Shown: piece by piece, positions 20,248 through 29,992 of the stretch
Layout: each line of letters starts with the position of its first letter
Numbering within the stretch: the stretch's first letter is position 1
The notes under the pieces: model-generated
Told to the model about the DNA's origin: nothing
Seen by the model: only the letters and a program-made list of their open reading frames with translations
Databases searched by the model: none
Assembly: GCA_963823665.1 (NCBI GenBank)
Contig: CAWGMQ010000010.1
Coordinates: 1,440,001 to 1,504,000 of the forward strand
Direction of reading: 5' to 3'
Length of the DNA: 64,000 bases
Source of the DNA: an uncultured Planctomycetota bacterium
GTDB taxonomy: Bacteria > Planctomycetota > Planctomycetia > Isosphaerales > Isosphaeraceae
Translations under genes and position numbers: made by a program

Positions 20248-23200
20248 CTACTTCGACGTCTTGCCCAGAAGTTCGTCGAGATGCGGAGTGACCGGCTCGT
20301 TTAACGGCAGGAACCAGATTGACGGCTTCTTCTGCGCACGGTATTGCCGGTCGAGAGATTCGAGCACTTCCTTGATCGTCTTGCCAGGGCCGAGGACCGC
20401 ATCGACGCGTGGCGCAATTTGTTCAGTCAGTGCCACAAACCAGGACGAGTTCTTCGCCTTCGCACTGTAGTGCTGGTCGAGCTTGTCGAGGACCTCTTTC
20501 GCGGGGATGGCCGGCCCGAGGAGTTGGTCCAGCAAGGGAGCGGCCCTTTGGTCGAGGCCGAGTTTAGTTCAGCGCCTCCCGAGCTTGATGGCGTGCGCGA
20601 GCCGCCTCGATCGCGGCCGGTGCGTCGATTGCGGGTTGGGGTGGTGGTATCCTTCCATCCTTCAATGCCGCGAGTAGCTCTGCCGACTGCGGACGGAGGG
20701 CGGGATCGATTGCCCCTACTTTCAGAGCGCTGTCGTACGCGGCGAGGGAGTCCTCGGCAGACTTTTGAGCCGCTGCCTGCGCGCCCAGACGCCACAGGCA
20801 TAGTGCGAGATGATAGCGAACTCGACCGTTCCACGATGCGTCCTCGGGCTCTGCCCGCTCGAGTTCCGGCATCAGCGCCGAGATCTCGTTGCAGGCTTTC
20901 TCCGCCAATCCGAGCTCGCGCAGCGCAGCCGCCCGGAGAATGCGAGTTCGAAGCATGGCAAAGGGCTTCACAGATTGGTCGGCCATGGGGTCTAGCGCGG
21001 CCTCGCAGAGCACGACTGAGTCGGCATGAGCACCCTCGTTGAAGGCGGCTAGGCCCCGTGCAGTCAGTTCATCCCCGTTTGGCCGAAGCAGGTTGTCGAG
21101 ATGCTGGGCGATTGGTTCATCCGGCCCGAGGAGATAGACAGCCGGCTTGCCCATTTCCTTGTAATGGCGATCCAGGAATGACAGCACGTCCGCGACTGAT
21201 CTGGTCGGGCCGATGAGCCTTTCCACCTCGGGAACGATCGGCGCCAGCTTGTCCGTCACCTCCGTCGTTGATTTGATCCGCCGGGAGATCTCGGGCTCGG
21301 CCAGCTTCAGCGCGGCGAGCAGTTGGCGGTAGTTATCGAGATTTTGACGCAGATTCGGATGCTCATGGCCCGTCGATCGTTGGAATCGCGATAAGATGCG
21401 AACGGCGCGTGCCATAAGTGGCTCGGCCGCCTCGATGCGGTTAGTGGAGAAAAGAAGCAACGCCTGATTGTTCAGGTCTCTTGCGACGGCGGGGTGATCG
21501 GGGCCGTACGTCCGTTCGTCGATGTCCATCGCCCGCCGATATAGCGGCTCGGCCTCCGACATTCGATTCGTCGCGCGGAGCAGCTCCGCCATGTTGTTGA
21601 GACTTTTTGCCACATCCGCGCTGTCGGGGCCGTACGAGCTCTGATCGATCGCCAGCGCCCGCCGCATCAGTGGCTCGGCCACCACCGTGCGGTTCGTGTC
21701 GTGGAGCAACCCCGCCAGGTTGCTGAGGTCGATCGCGACGTTGGGGTGGCGTGGGCCGTACGACCTTTCGTCGATCGCCAGCGCTCGCCGATATAGCGGC
21801 TCGGCGTCCGCGATGCGGTTCGTATCGTGGAGCAGCGTCGCCAGGTTATTGAGGCAATTCGCGACGAAAGGGTGGTCGGGCCCGTACGAATGCTCGTCGA
21901 TCGCAAGCGCCCGACGACAGAGTGGCTCGGCCTCCGCCATGCGATTCGTTGCCTGGAGCATCGCCGCCAGGTTATTGAGGCGATTCGCGACGAGAGGATG
22001 GTCGGACCCGTACGACTGCTCGTCGATCGCCAGCGCCCGGCGATAGAGCGGCTCGGCCTCCACCACGCGGTTCGTTGCCTGGAACATCGCCGCCAGGTTA
22101 TTGAGGCAATTCGCGACGAGGGGATGGCCGGGCCCGGTCGACGGCTCGGCGATCGCTAGCGCCCGGCGAAACAGCGGCTCGGCGTGCGCGGTACGGCCGG
22201 TCGCCTCGAGCAGAAGCGCCAGGTTGTTTAGGTCGGCCGCGAATTCAGCTTGGTCCGGGCCACGCGACCGCTCGTTAATCGCCAGCGCCCGACGGAATAG
22301 CGGCTCGGCCTCTGCGATGCGGTTGGTGTTACGGAGCAACTCCGCCAGGTTGTTGAGGTTAGTCGCGACGTTTGCATGGTCAGGGCCGTACGACCGCTCG
22401 TTAATCGCCAGCGCCCGACGGAATAGCGGCTCGGCCTCCGCGATGCGGTTGGTGTTGCGGAGCAACTCCGCCAGGTTGTTGGATCCCATCGCTTCCTCAC
22501 CGGGTTGCGCAGCCAGTTTCAACGCCTCGCGGAGATGGGGTTCCGCGTCGCTGTACCTCGCGAGTTCCAATAAGAGAACACCCAAATCGATACGCGAATC
22601 GAACCAGCTAGGATTCTCGCGAACAATCAGGTCACGAATTCTGAGTGCTTCGTCCCACCTCAGACTGCTTTCGTAAAGGTCAGCTTGAAGCACCGTCGGG
22701 CGATAGGCCTCGCGCAAGCGTTGGTCGGCACGATCGCGGAAAGACTTCGCCGCGCCGATTTTCCTTTCGATGGTCGGCTGTTTTTGTTCGAGGTACTTGA
22801 TTGCCGCATCGACACCCTCGATCGGTTTGTCGAGGATGTTGGCGGCTTCGATGAAAATCGGATCCGGATCTCCGGCCAAACCTTCGCGAATCGTCGCGAC
22901 GAGATCCTGTACGGCTTCCAAGGTCTGATCGCGGCGTTTCTCGATCTCGTCGCGCTTTCGCCAATCGTCAGGGGACCGCGCTTGCGCGGCGGCGATTTCT
23001 TCGACGGCCCGTCTGCGAATGTGGCTCTGCATCTTGCCGACCAGAACGTCAGGATCCGCGTCCTGTTTTCCCAGTGCTTCCAGGTTTTTGTTGACACTCG
23101 TGATTTGTGTGGTGAATCCTTGGCCGAGATTGAGCGTTACGGCCGCAACCGCCACCAGACTTGCCACGCCGATCGCGCCGAGGGCGACTCGCGTTCGTGA

Positions 23201-24043
23201 AGGAGGAGTCACGCTCGCCGGCCGCAGCCCAATCTCATTGCGCCGGAGTTCCCGCTGGAATCCACGGCGATCGGCGCCAGTGCGTTTCGTCAACAGCCCC
23301 CTGCAATAGCCCTTTAGAAGCTTGTATGCGGCTTCGGCTTGGGTCGGGTCCACGAGCACGGCAGTTCGGAGCTTGTCCATCGCCGCGTTGTCGGCATCAC
23401 CGTCGGTGCCGTCGGCACTGACATCAAGCGTATCGATTCTCATCATAGAGAAGAAATCGCGGAGATCCCTCGGCGAGGGCTCAGTCCCGTGAGTTCGGCG
23501 CCAGAATAAGTGAACATGGGAGAGGAGTATCTCAGACGCGGCTTTCTCCTCCTTGCTATTGGCGGCGTCCGTCAACACCGTACAGCGTGCATCGCCTTGG
23601 AACCGATCAAGTACGGCTGGTAGTTGCGAACAGGCCCACATAGGCGCCAGACCATCGGTCACCAGGACGAGACGATCGCGCTCCTGATCTAGCGGACGTT
23701 CCCACGGGTGATTTCCTCCCTTATGGAGTCGCTGTGACAGAAAGTGACGAACGAATTGCCCCACGGCTGATCCGAGCGCTGAATCCTCGGCGGCAGAAAG
23801 CCTTAGACCCCGCTTTGCTTGCAAATATACAGCGCCGCCGGCTGATGTGATGAGCAAGACGTCGTCGACGGGCAGTCCTGTCTCGCATCGAACTTCGGTG
23901 TAATAGACCGTTGGCTCCAACCCCCAACGCGGCGTCACAGCTTGTTCCGCGAGTACGCCGACCGCTGCCCATGCTGCGATGCTGTCCTGGAAGGAAAACC
24001 CTCCGGCAGCAGCAGCTCCGCCTCCTGTGCCAACGGGTAACAT
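20248..24043 (-). CDS. Restriction-endonuclease-like domain + TM segment + TPR repeats + C-terminal ~42-aa repeats (frameshift near 20568)
   Basis: GG..A..GFSFQ...E....VDD....YLQAK nuclease-like motif; nine 42-aa TPRs; removing one A near 20568 joins ORF 20248-20535 (ALTKLGLDQRAAPLLDQLLGP). Confidence 0.85.
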
Positions 24044-24890
24044 GCCGGCGCCCTGGTCTGATTGAGTTCGCGAACATCCCCACGAACGGGAAAAGCTCGA
24101 TTATACCAGGGCGCCGCGTGCGCCACGTGGCCATTTACTCCGGCAGCGGTTTGGGCACCGTCCGCATGCAACGGCTGAGCGGCGGTTTGTTCCTCGTATC
24201 AAAGCTCACGCGACTCGCGCTCATCGCTCGGCTTTAGGCCCGCGCGCTCGAGAAGTTCGGGGCGACGTTGGCGTTCTTGAGAACTGAGGCTCGCCACGAA
24301 AGCGGCGAGGTGGTCGTCGGTCGTCTGGGCGTCGGTTTCATTGCAAACAGGATTACAACGAGTGAACGGCCTCGCCGTTAATTGGGACGGGCTCTCCTTT
24401 GCGATCCATCGACCTTTCACTCCTAAACAAAACATCGTTCCTCGCATTTATCAGTCATGATTATGTTCGACATCAACCTGATTCGGTTTTCTGCAATTCT
24501 TCTGCACACATTGCCCATGTCAGCCCAATGCGACTACAATGCGAGCGAACACCGACGGCTATCGTGGACCTCGGCAAAATCCCTGAAATCAACGTCAAAT
24601 CAACATCAGCCCAACGTCAGACAGATGGCAGACGCGCCGGTCCCAAAATCCCGATAGATGAACGACCTCCAGATCATTGGCCGAGCTCGCCGCATCGGCG
24701 CGGTCCTCAACCGCGAATCTATTTCTCCTCTTCCGGCCGACCGTCGGGTTCCGTCCCAGGAGCTCGCCAGCCGGCCTCGGCCGAATCGGCGGTTGGCGAC
24801 GTGGCCGGGATCGGGACTTCAAGCGAGGAGTGGCGGGATCTGGTACGCTGAAGTGTGCTCAACGACTGGCGCACCAAATAGCGAGCAATT

Positions 24891-25720
24891 ATGCTAATCC
24901 GAGTCGGCTGCGAACTTCGTTTCGTCTTTCCAGAGCCCACGGCCATAATCCTGATGCTAAGCCTCCATCCGTTACGCGCGCCACGATTCGTCAGCACGAG
25001 CAGTTGCAGGTTGAACCGCTGGTTCCGTTATCTGCGTATTTTGACCAATACGGCAACCGCTGCCACCGCGCGTTCGTTCCGTCAGGCCTCGTGACGTTTA
25101 GAAATAGCGCAGTCGTCGATGACTGCGGGCTGCCGGATCTGCAGGTCCTCAATGCCCCACAAAACAATGTCCAGGACCTGCCCCAGGAGGTCCTGCAATT
25201 TCTCCTCGGCAGCCGTTATTGCGAGGTGGACAGCGAGCTGAACCAATTCGCTTGGTCCCAATTCTCACAGACCCAGGCGGGTTGGCCGCGGGTTCAAGCA
25301 GTGTGCGATTTCGTGCACCAGCATATTCGGTTCGACTACCAGAAAGCCCGGTCCAGTCGAACGGCGTGGGACGCCTATCATGAGCGCACGGGTGTATGCC
25401 GCGATTTCACGCACCTCGCGATCACCTTGTGCCGCTGCTTGAATGTGCCCGCGCGCTATTGCACCGGCTATCTGGGCGATATCGGCTTGCCACCGACGCC
25501 AAGCCCGATGGATTTCAGCGCGTGGTTCGAGGCATTCCTGGGCGGGCAATGGTACGCGTTTGACGCGCGTCACAACGTTCCCCGCATCGGTCGCGTGCTC
25601 ATGGCCCGCGGTCGTGATGCCGCCGATGTTGCCCTGACGACGACGTTTGGAATCAATCAGCTCCAGTCGCTCACCGTCTGGACCGACGAAATTGGTGTCG
25701 GATCGACCGCAGAACCGTAG
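24891..25720 (+). CDS. Transglutaminase-like protein (frameshift near 24972)
   Basis: MLIRVGCEL start; GVCRDFTHL, PARYCTGYLGDIG, DFSAWFE, GRDAADVA. Confidence 0.9.
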
Positions 25721-25776
25721 CATTGTTGCTATGGCACTCGATTCTTCGGGCCGGAGCCGTGCGAGGGGATGCTCTT

Positions 25777-26328
25777 ATGGAGTCGTGGTACTTTGCTTAT
25801 GGCAGCAATCTCTGGATGGACCAAATGATCGAGCGCACGGACTCGATCGGCCATCCCGAGAACGGTCCCAGGATCGCTCGATTGGCGAATCATCGGCTCG
25901 TGTTTCAACGGCTGGACGCCGCAGACGAAGCCTTCGCCAACATTTTATGTCCGGGAGACGGCGTGCTTGGCGTGGTCTATCGCTGTAGCCAGACGGACCT
26001 CGAGCGGTTGGACCACTACGAAGGCGGGTATGAGCGCCGGTCGATTACCGTAACCGACCAGCATGGCGAAGTCTTGGCAGCCGTTGCGTATGTCCTGATC
26101 CCTGCGCAGGCAGCAATCACCGGCAGACCCACCGCCGCGTACCTGGAACGAATCGTTAGCGGCGCGCGGCAGCATGGATTTCCCGAGGAGTACATTCGCA
26201 ACATCGCCGCCATCGCGGATTCGGCAATTCTTCGAGGCGATCACTCCGAGCAATTCGATTGCTGTTCTAACGAGGAGTTCCAGACACCCACTAATTCCCA
26301 GGTCGGAGGTGGGAATCGAGGAGGTTGA
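25777..26328 (+). CDS. Gamma-glutamylcyclotransferase family protein
   Basis: YFAYGSNL, V.GVVY...LD.YEG; the C-terminal tail runs through the repeat site at 26274-26292. Confidence 0.9.
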   Translation: MESWYFAYGSNLWMDQMIERTDSIGHPENGPRIARLANHRLVFQRLDAADEAFANILCPGDGVLGVVYRCSQTDLERLDHYEGGYERRSITVTDQHGEVLAAVAYVLIPAQAAITGRPTAAYLERIVSGARQHGFPEEYIRNIAAIADSAILRGDHSEQFDCCSNEEFQTPTNSQVGGGNRGG

Positions 26329-26449
26329 CTCGACCGATTCAGGCTGAACCGCCCGGGCATGCTGTCGGCAGGTGGTCGCCTCAATGCGCAGATTATGTCG
26401 ACGGTTGCGCACAGGGCGAATGAGGCCGGTGGCATCTTGATCGCAAAAA

Positions 26450-26467
26450 GTGGGTGTCTTTGCGTCA
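26450..26467 (+). mobile_element. Target site plus 8-nt stub of the group II intron 5' end
   Basis: gtgggtgtct|ttgcgtca is identical to the exon/intron junctions at 18536-18553 and 19293-19310. Confidence 0.7.
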
Positions 26468-26544
26468 CGGGACGCGAACCGGTGTCAGTCACGTGAGCAG
26501 GTTTCGCCCGGGACCCACTCCGGTTGGTGGGTGTCCGGTTTCCC
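26468..26544 (+). repeat. 68-bp direct repeat, copy 2, with an empty intron target site
   Basis: Matches 18477-18544, then continues gtgtcC|ggtttccc with no intron. Confidence 0.92.
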
Positions 26545-26554
26545 GTATGACCTC

Positions 26555-27285
26555 TCAGCGCGCCGGAGGTAGTTTGCTCGGCGAGAGGCGATACACTGTT
26601 GCGAATTGTTGACCACCCCGTTCGGTGACTTGATCGAGCAGGTACAACTTACCATCCTGTCCGAGGGCCATCCCCTGGATAATATCAGCTCGGCCACGGT
26701 CGAAGTTGGGCAGGTAATAGGACGTTGCCTTGCCGCTGACCGTGATCCGGCCGATCTCGAGCTCCTTCGAAGAATCGTTCGTGAACCAGAGCGATCCGTC
26801 GTCCCAACCCTGATCAATCAAGAATGGCCCGGAATTCGCCGCCGGGATCTTGTAACGCGTGACGGCGCCAGCGGTTGACACCTGGAAGACTTCGTTCTGC
26901 CCACTCAAGGTTTGGCCGTACACGATGAGGGTGCCGTTGGGCCCGTTTGCGACGCTCGGCTCAGAAAGTTCAGGGACTGGGAAATCCGTCACAACGCCGC
27001 TCGGTGACATCCGGCCGAAAACGGACTCGTTGCCCGAGTCGCCCACGCTCTCGGCGAACCAGAGATTTCCGTCGGCTCCGGCCGCGAGCGAGTCGATTGT
27101 AGGCCAATACGCGATAGTCGGCCCGGAGCTGACGGAGGAGATGGGGAACAGCTTGACAGCCCCAGCGGTCGTCATCCGTCCGATGTAGTCTGAGTTCTGA
27201 CCGTGGGAACCGAAGACCGTATAGCCGAACCAGAAGTCGCCGTCGGGCCCACTGACGATTGAGGTGTCCTGAGCGCCTCCTTCCA
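26555..27285 (-). pseudogene. 5'-truncated beta-propeller protein (virginiamycin B lyase/NHL-like)
   Basis: GPDGDFWF, GADGNLWFAE, GQDGKLY blade repeats; homology starts right at the repeat site 27286-27304. Confidence 0.75.
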
Positions 27286-27433
27286 GGGAATCCAAGACAC
27301 CCACTCTCCGCCGTGGAATCAGTGGGTGTCCGGGAATCTCTGGCAGCCCTAGCAACCCTCTGGCAACCCCTGGCTTCCCCGGGGGGTCGATGTCTGGCTT
27401 CCCAGAGGGTGGATGTCTGGCTTCCCGGCTTCC
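27286..27433. repeat. Cluster of GTGG(G/A)TGTC(T/C)GG.TTCCC sites (one inverted pair plus degenerate tandem copies)
   Basis: agacacccact 27295-27305 with agtgggtgtcc 27321-27331; gtcgatgtctggcttccc 27386-27403; gtggatgtctggcttccc 27409-27426. Confidence 0.8.
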
Positions 27434-27837
27434 CTTAGCGCGTTTGGATGCTCATTTTTACAGATCTTCGCGTACGACCAGCACAACTGGCCGGCGGTTG
27501 ATGAAAACAGGCGAAATTCTGGCGATTTCTGGCAAATGGCTCGACGCTTTTGTAGATCATATTGGTAAAGAGCGGCGTTGCGTTGCCGTCGAACGGGGGC
27601 GAGAACGCAAGGCTGGATAGGAAAGCCTTCATCGGTTTGGCGTGCCCTGGAGGATTTGCTGAAGAAACGAAGAAGCCGTGTTTTCTGTACGTGGGACGGT
27701 TGTCTTCGATATTGATCGGACGATTCGGCGTATTGCCTTGGTATGGGACGAGAACGGCGATTGGGGGTGAGACGCTTTCTCGTGATTTCGTCCCATTTCG
27801 TCCCATCAGAGCTCGATGATCCGTTTGGTCGGACCAA

Positions 27838-27955
27838 GGGCGGAGGGTGGAGGACGGAGGACGGAGGAAAGGCCGAGACAAAGATCAGGGCGGCGGGACG
27901 GAGGGCGGAGGACGGAGGAAAGGCGGAGACAAACATCAGGGCGGAGGGCGGAGGA
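27838..27955. repeat. Low-complexity GGAGG(A/G)C 7-mer repeats within longer duplicated units
   Basis: ggaggacggaggacggaggaaaggc..agacaaa.atcagggcgg occurs twice. Confidence 0.7.
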
Positions 27956-28413
27956 GACTTGCTCGAAATGGACGAATTCCACATCTATTGCGCAAATAAA
28001 CTGGGGCGTTTGTAGATCATTTGGGTAGAGGCCGAGGGTACCGTCATTAGAATACGAGTACGAGTACGAGCAGGAGGGGACGTGTCGGGCCTACGACTTC
28101 GAGATCGACCTTCGTTGCGTCGGCGGTAAAGATGTCGCCACGATGCCCGGCCGACCAGCAAGGCGACGTCCTCCGCTATTGCCACCGTTTCATCGTTTCA
28201 AAACGCGTTGAACGTGCTCATCTGAATGAGAATCTTTAACGCGAGACTGATGGTTAATCGCCTATCGCGGTTGAATTTGTGTTTTTACGCAGAGATTTAC
28301 AAGTGTGATTGAGAGATAGCCAACGCCCAAAACCCGCGCATAGTATAAGAGGAGGCCGGCTGCGGGCATGGTGGTCGAGTCACCGTTGGTCTGCGCGGCG
28401 ATCCGCCTGGCTT

Positions 28414-28459
28414 CCCCCCCCACCGCCGCCTGCGGCGGCACCTCGCCGACGGTGGGCTA
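28414..28459. repeat. REP-like palindrome
   Basis: ccgccgcctgcggcggcacctc; related copy ccgccgcgtgcggcggcacctc at 29800-29821. Confidence 0.6.
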
Positions 28460-29629
28460 CTCGATCACGATCGCCGACGCCCGAGTTGGCGCGATCGGCA
28501 CCCACGTCTCTGGAACCGAGAATGACTGCTTCGTTTGCTCGATCGCGTGCTCGAGGACCTCAGCCCGGCCTGGCGATGCCCGTGCAGTGGGAAAAACGCG
28601 GCCGCACTGCGCCTGTAAATAGGGATCGGTGCTCGACGAAATTCCACCAAATCTTGAGCTGTGCCGGGCGTGGGACGGGTCTGGACCCCGGTACGGGTGA
28701 GTTTTCTCCTCGCGGGCCGGGCAAACCTGGAGAGGGGCTCGTGGCGTTATCCTCTTTGGCGGTCAGCATTTCCGTACGGCTGCGAGGCTTCCCGGCCAGC
28801 CATCGGACGGGGTTCAAGACGGCAACCAAAATGAGACCTTTTTCAGGGTGATTCGTCCCATTTCGTCTCATTTTGTCTCATTCATTTCTACTTATTTGAA
28901 GCCTGCGAGACATTTCTCGAGAGCCCATCCGCGGAACGCAACAGGGCACTGCGATCTTATGTGGGGAATGCCCGAAACAAGAACGACGAGGGCCACGTAC
29001 CGCCTGCTGGCGCTGCCAATTTACCCCGGTGTACGGATGCTTGATGGGCTCCGGTACTTGCCACTTTTTGCCATTTTTCGAGTCGGCGAACGGTTGTCAC
29101 GCGCGGAGCACGTTATCTGGAACTTCAGTTTGTTCCAGGCATAAGAGGCTGATGGATCGACCGAAACCTTTTTCACATGTGGACTTGCGGAGGGCGGACG
29201 AGGTGGGCTCTGGGGGTGGAGCGCTGCGCCGTCTGCGGGGTGGCGATTCGGGGCCGGAATCAGGACGGAGGGCGGAGGGCGGAGGACGAAGCGCGGAGCG
29301 AAAAGAGCCGGAAGCCGGAAAGCGGGGATCGGAAGAGACCTTCATCGTGGTATCACTCTGGTATCATTTCGCACCAGGGGGCGAGAGGCTGGTGGATCGA
29401 CCGAAGACATGTGCGCATTTGCGTTTGCGGAGGGCGGCCGAACCGGATTCGGGGGGCTGTGCCAGGTCGCGGGCCGCACCTTGGCGATTTTGGGCCAAAG
29501 CCGGGCGATTGCGGGCGAGGTTTCGGCTTCGAATTCGGCCCTTGGCTCGGCATCTGGACCGCGTTAGGGCGTTCCCGTAGTCCTTGTGGGGTAAGGATGC
29601 GCGACGAATAAACAAAACGAAAGCGGGGA

Positions 29630-29752
29630 TGAAATCCGAAATTCGAAGTACGAAATTCGAAGGGGAAGGAGCAGCGAAGGGAGGAGGACTGAGTACGAGT
29701 AAGAGCAGGAGTACGAGTAAGAGCACGAGTAAGAGTAAGAGTAAGAGCAGGA
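29630..29752. repeat. Short tandem repeats (AAATTCG 7-mers and GAGTA(A/C) 6-mers)
   Basis: gaaatccgaaattcgaagtacgaaattcgaa; gagtacgagtaagagcaggagtacgagtaagagcacgagtaagagtaag. Confidence 0.75.
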
Positions 29753-29992
29753 GAGAATACCGTCGGGCTCCGGAGCCATCCGACTGCACGACCCCCGTTC
29801 CGCCGCGTGCGGCGGCACCTCACCCACGGGGTGGGGGGCTACGCGAGCGAGTGCCGATCAACGTTGACCGCCTTTGCGAATTATGACAAAACTCCCCGGC
29901 CAGTTACGGCCGATCGAAAGTGTGTCGGCTGGACGCATCTCACACCGACGTCGTTCTTAGCATCGTCGACCTCTCAGGACGAGGAGTCGCTC

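Noticed and set aside
21400..22500. 126-bp DNA repeats as a DGR or array
   Set aside because: Explained by 42-aa TPR coding repeats; no adenine-specific variation noticed and no RT
24199..24480. Possible tRNA fragment, att site or dif-like site upstream of the TPR gene
   Set aside because: No cloverleaf or T-loop; ttatgttcgac has no matching XerC arm; too weak to call
18260..27433. Integron with attC cassettes
   Set aside because: I saw no RYYYAAC...GTTRRRY boxes and no integrase; cargo is in mixed orientation
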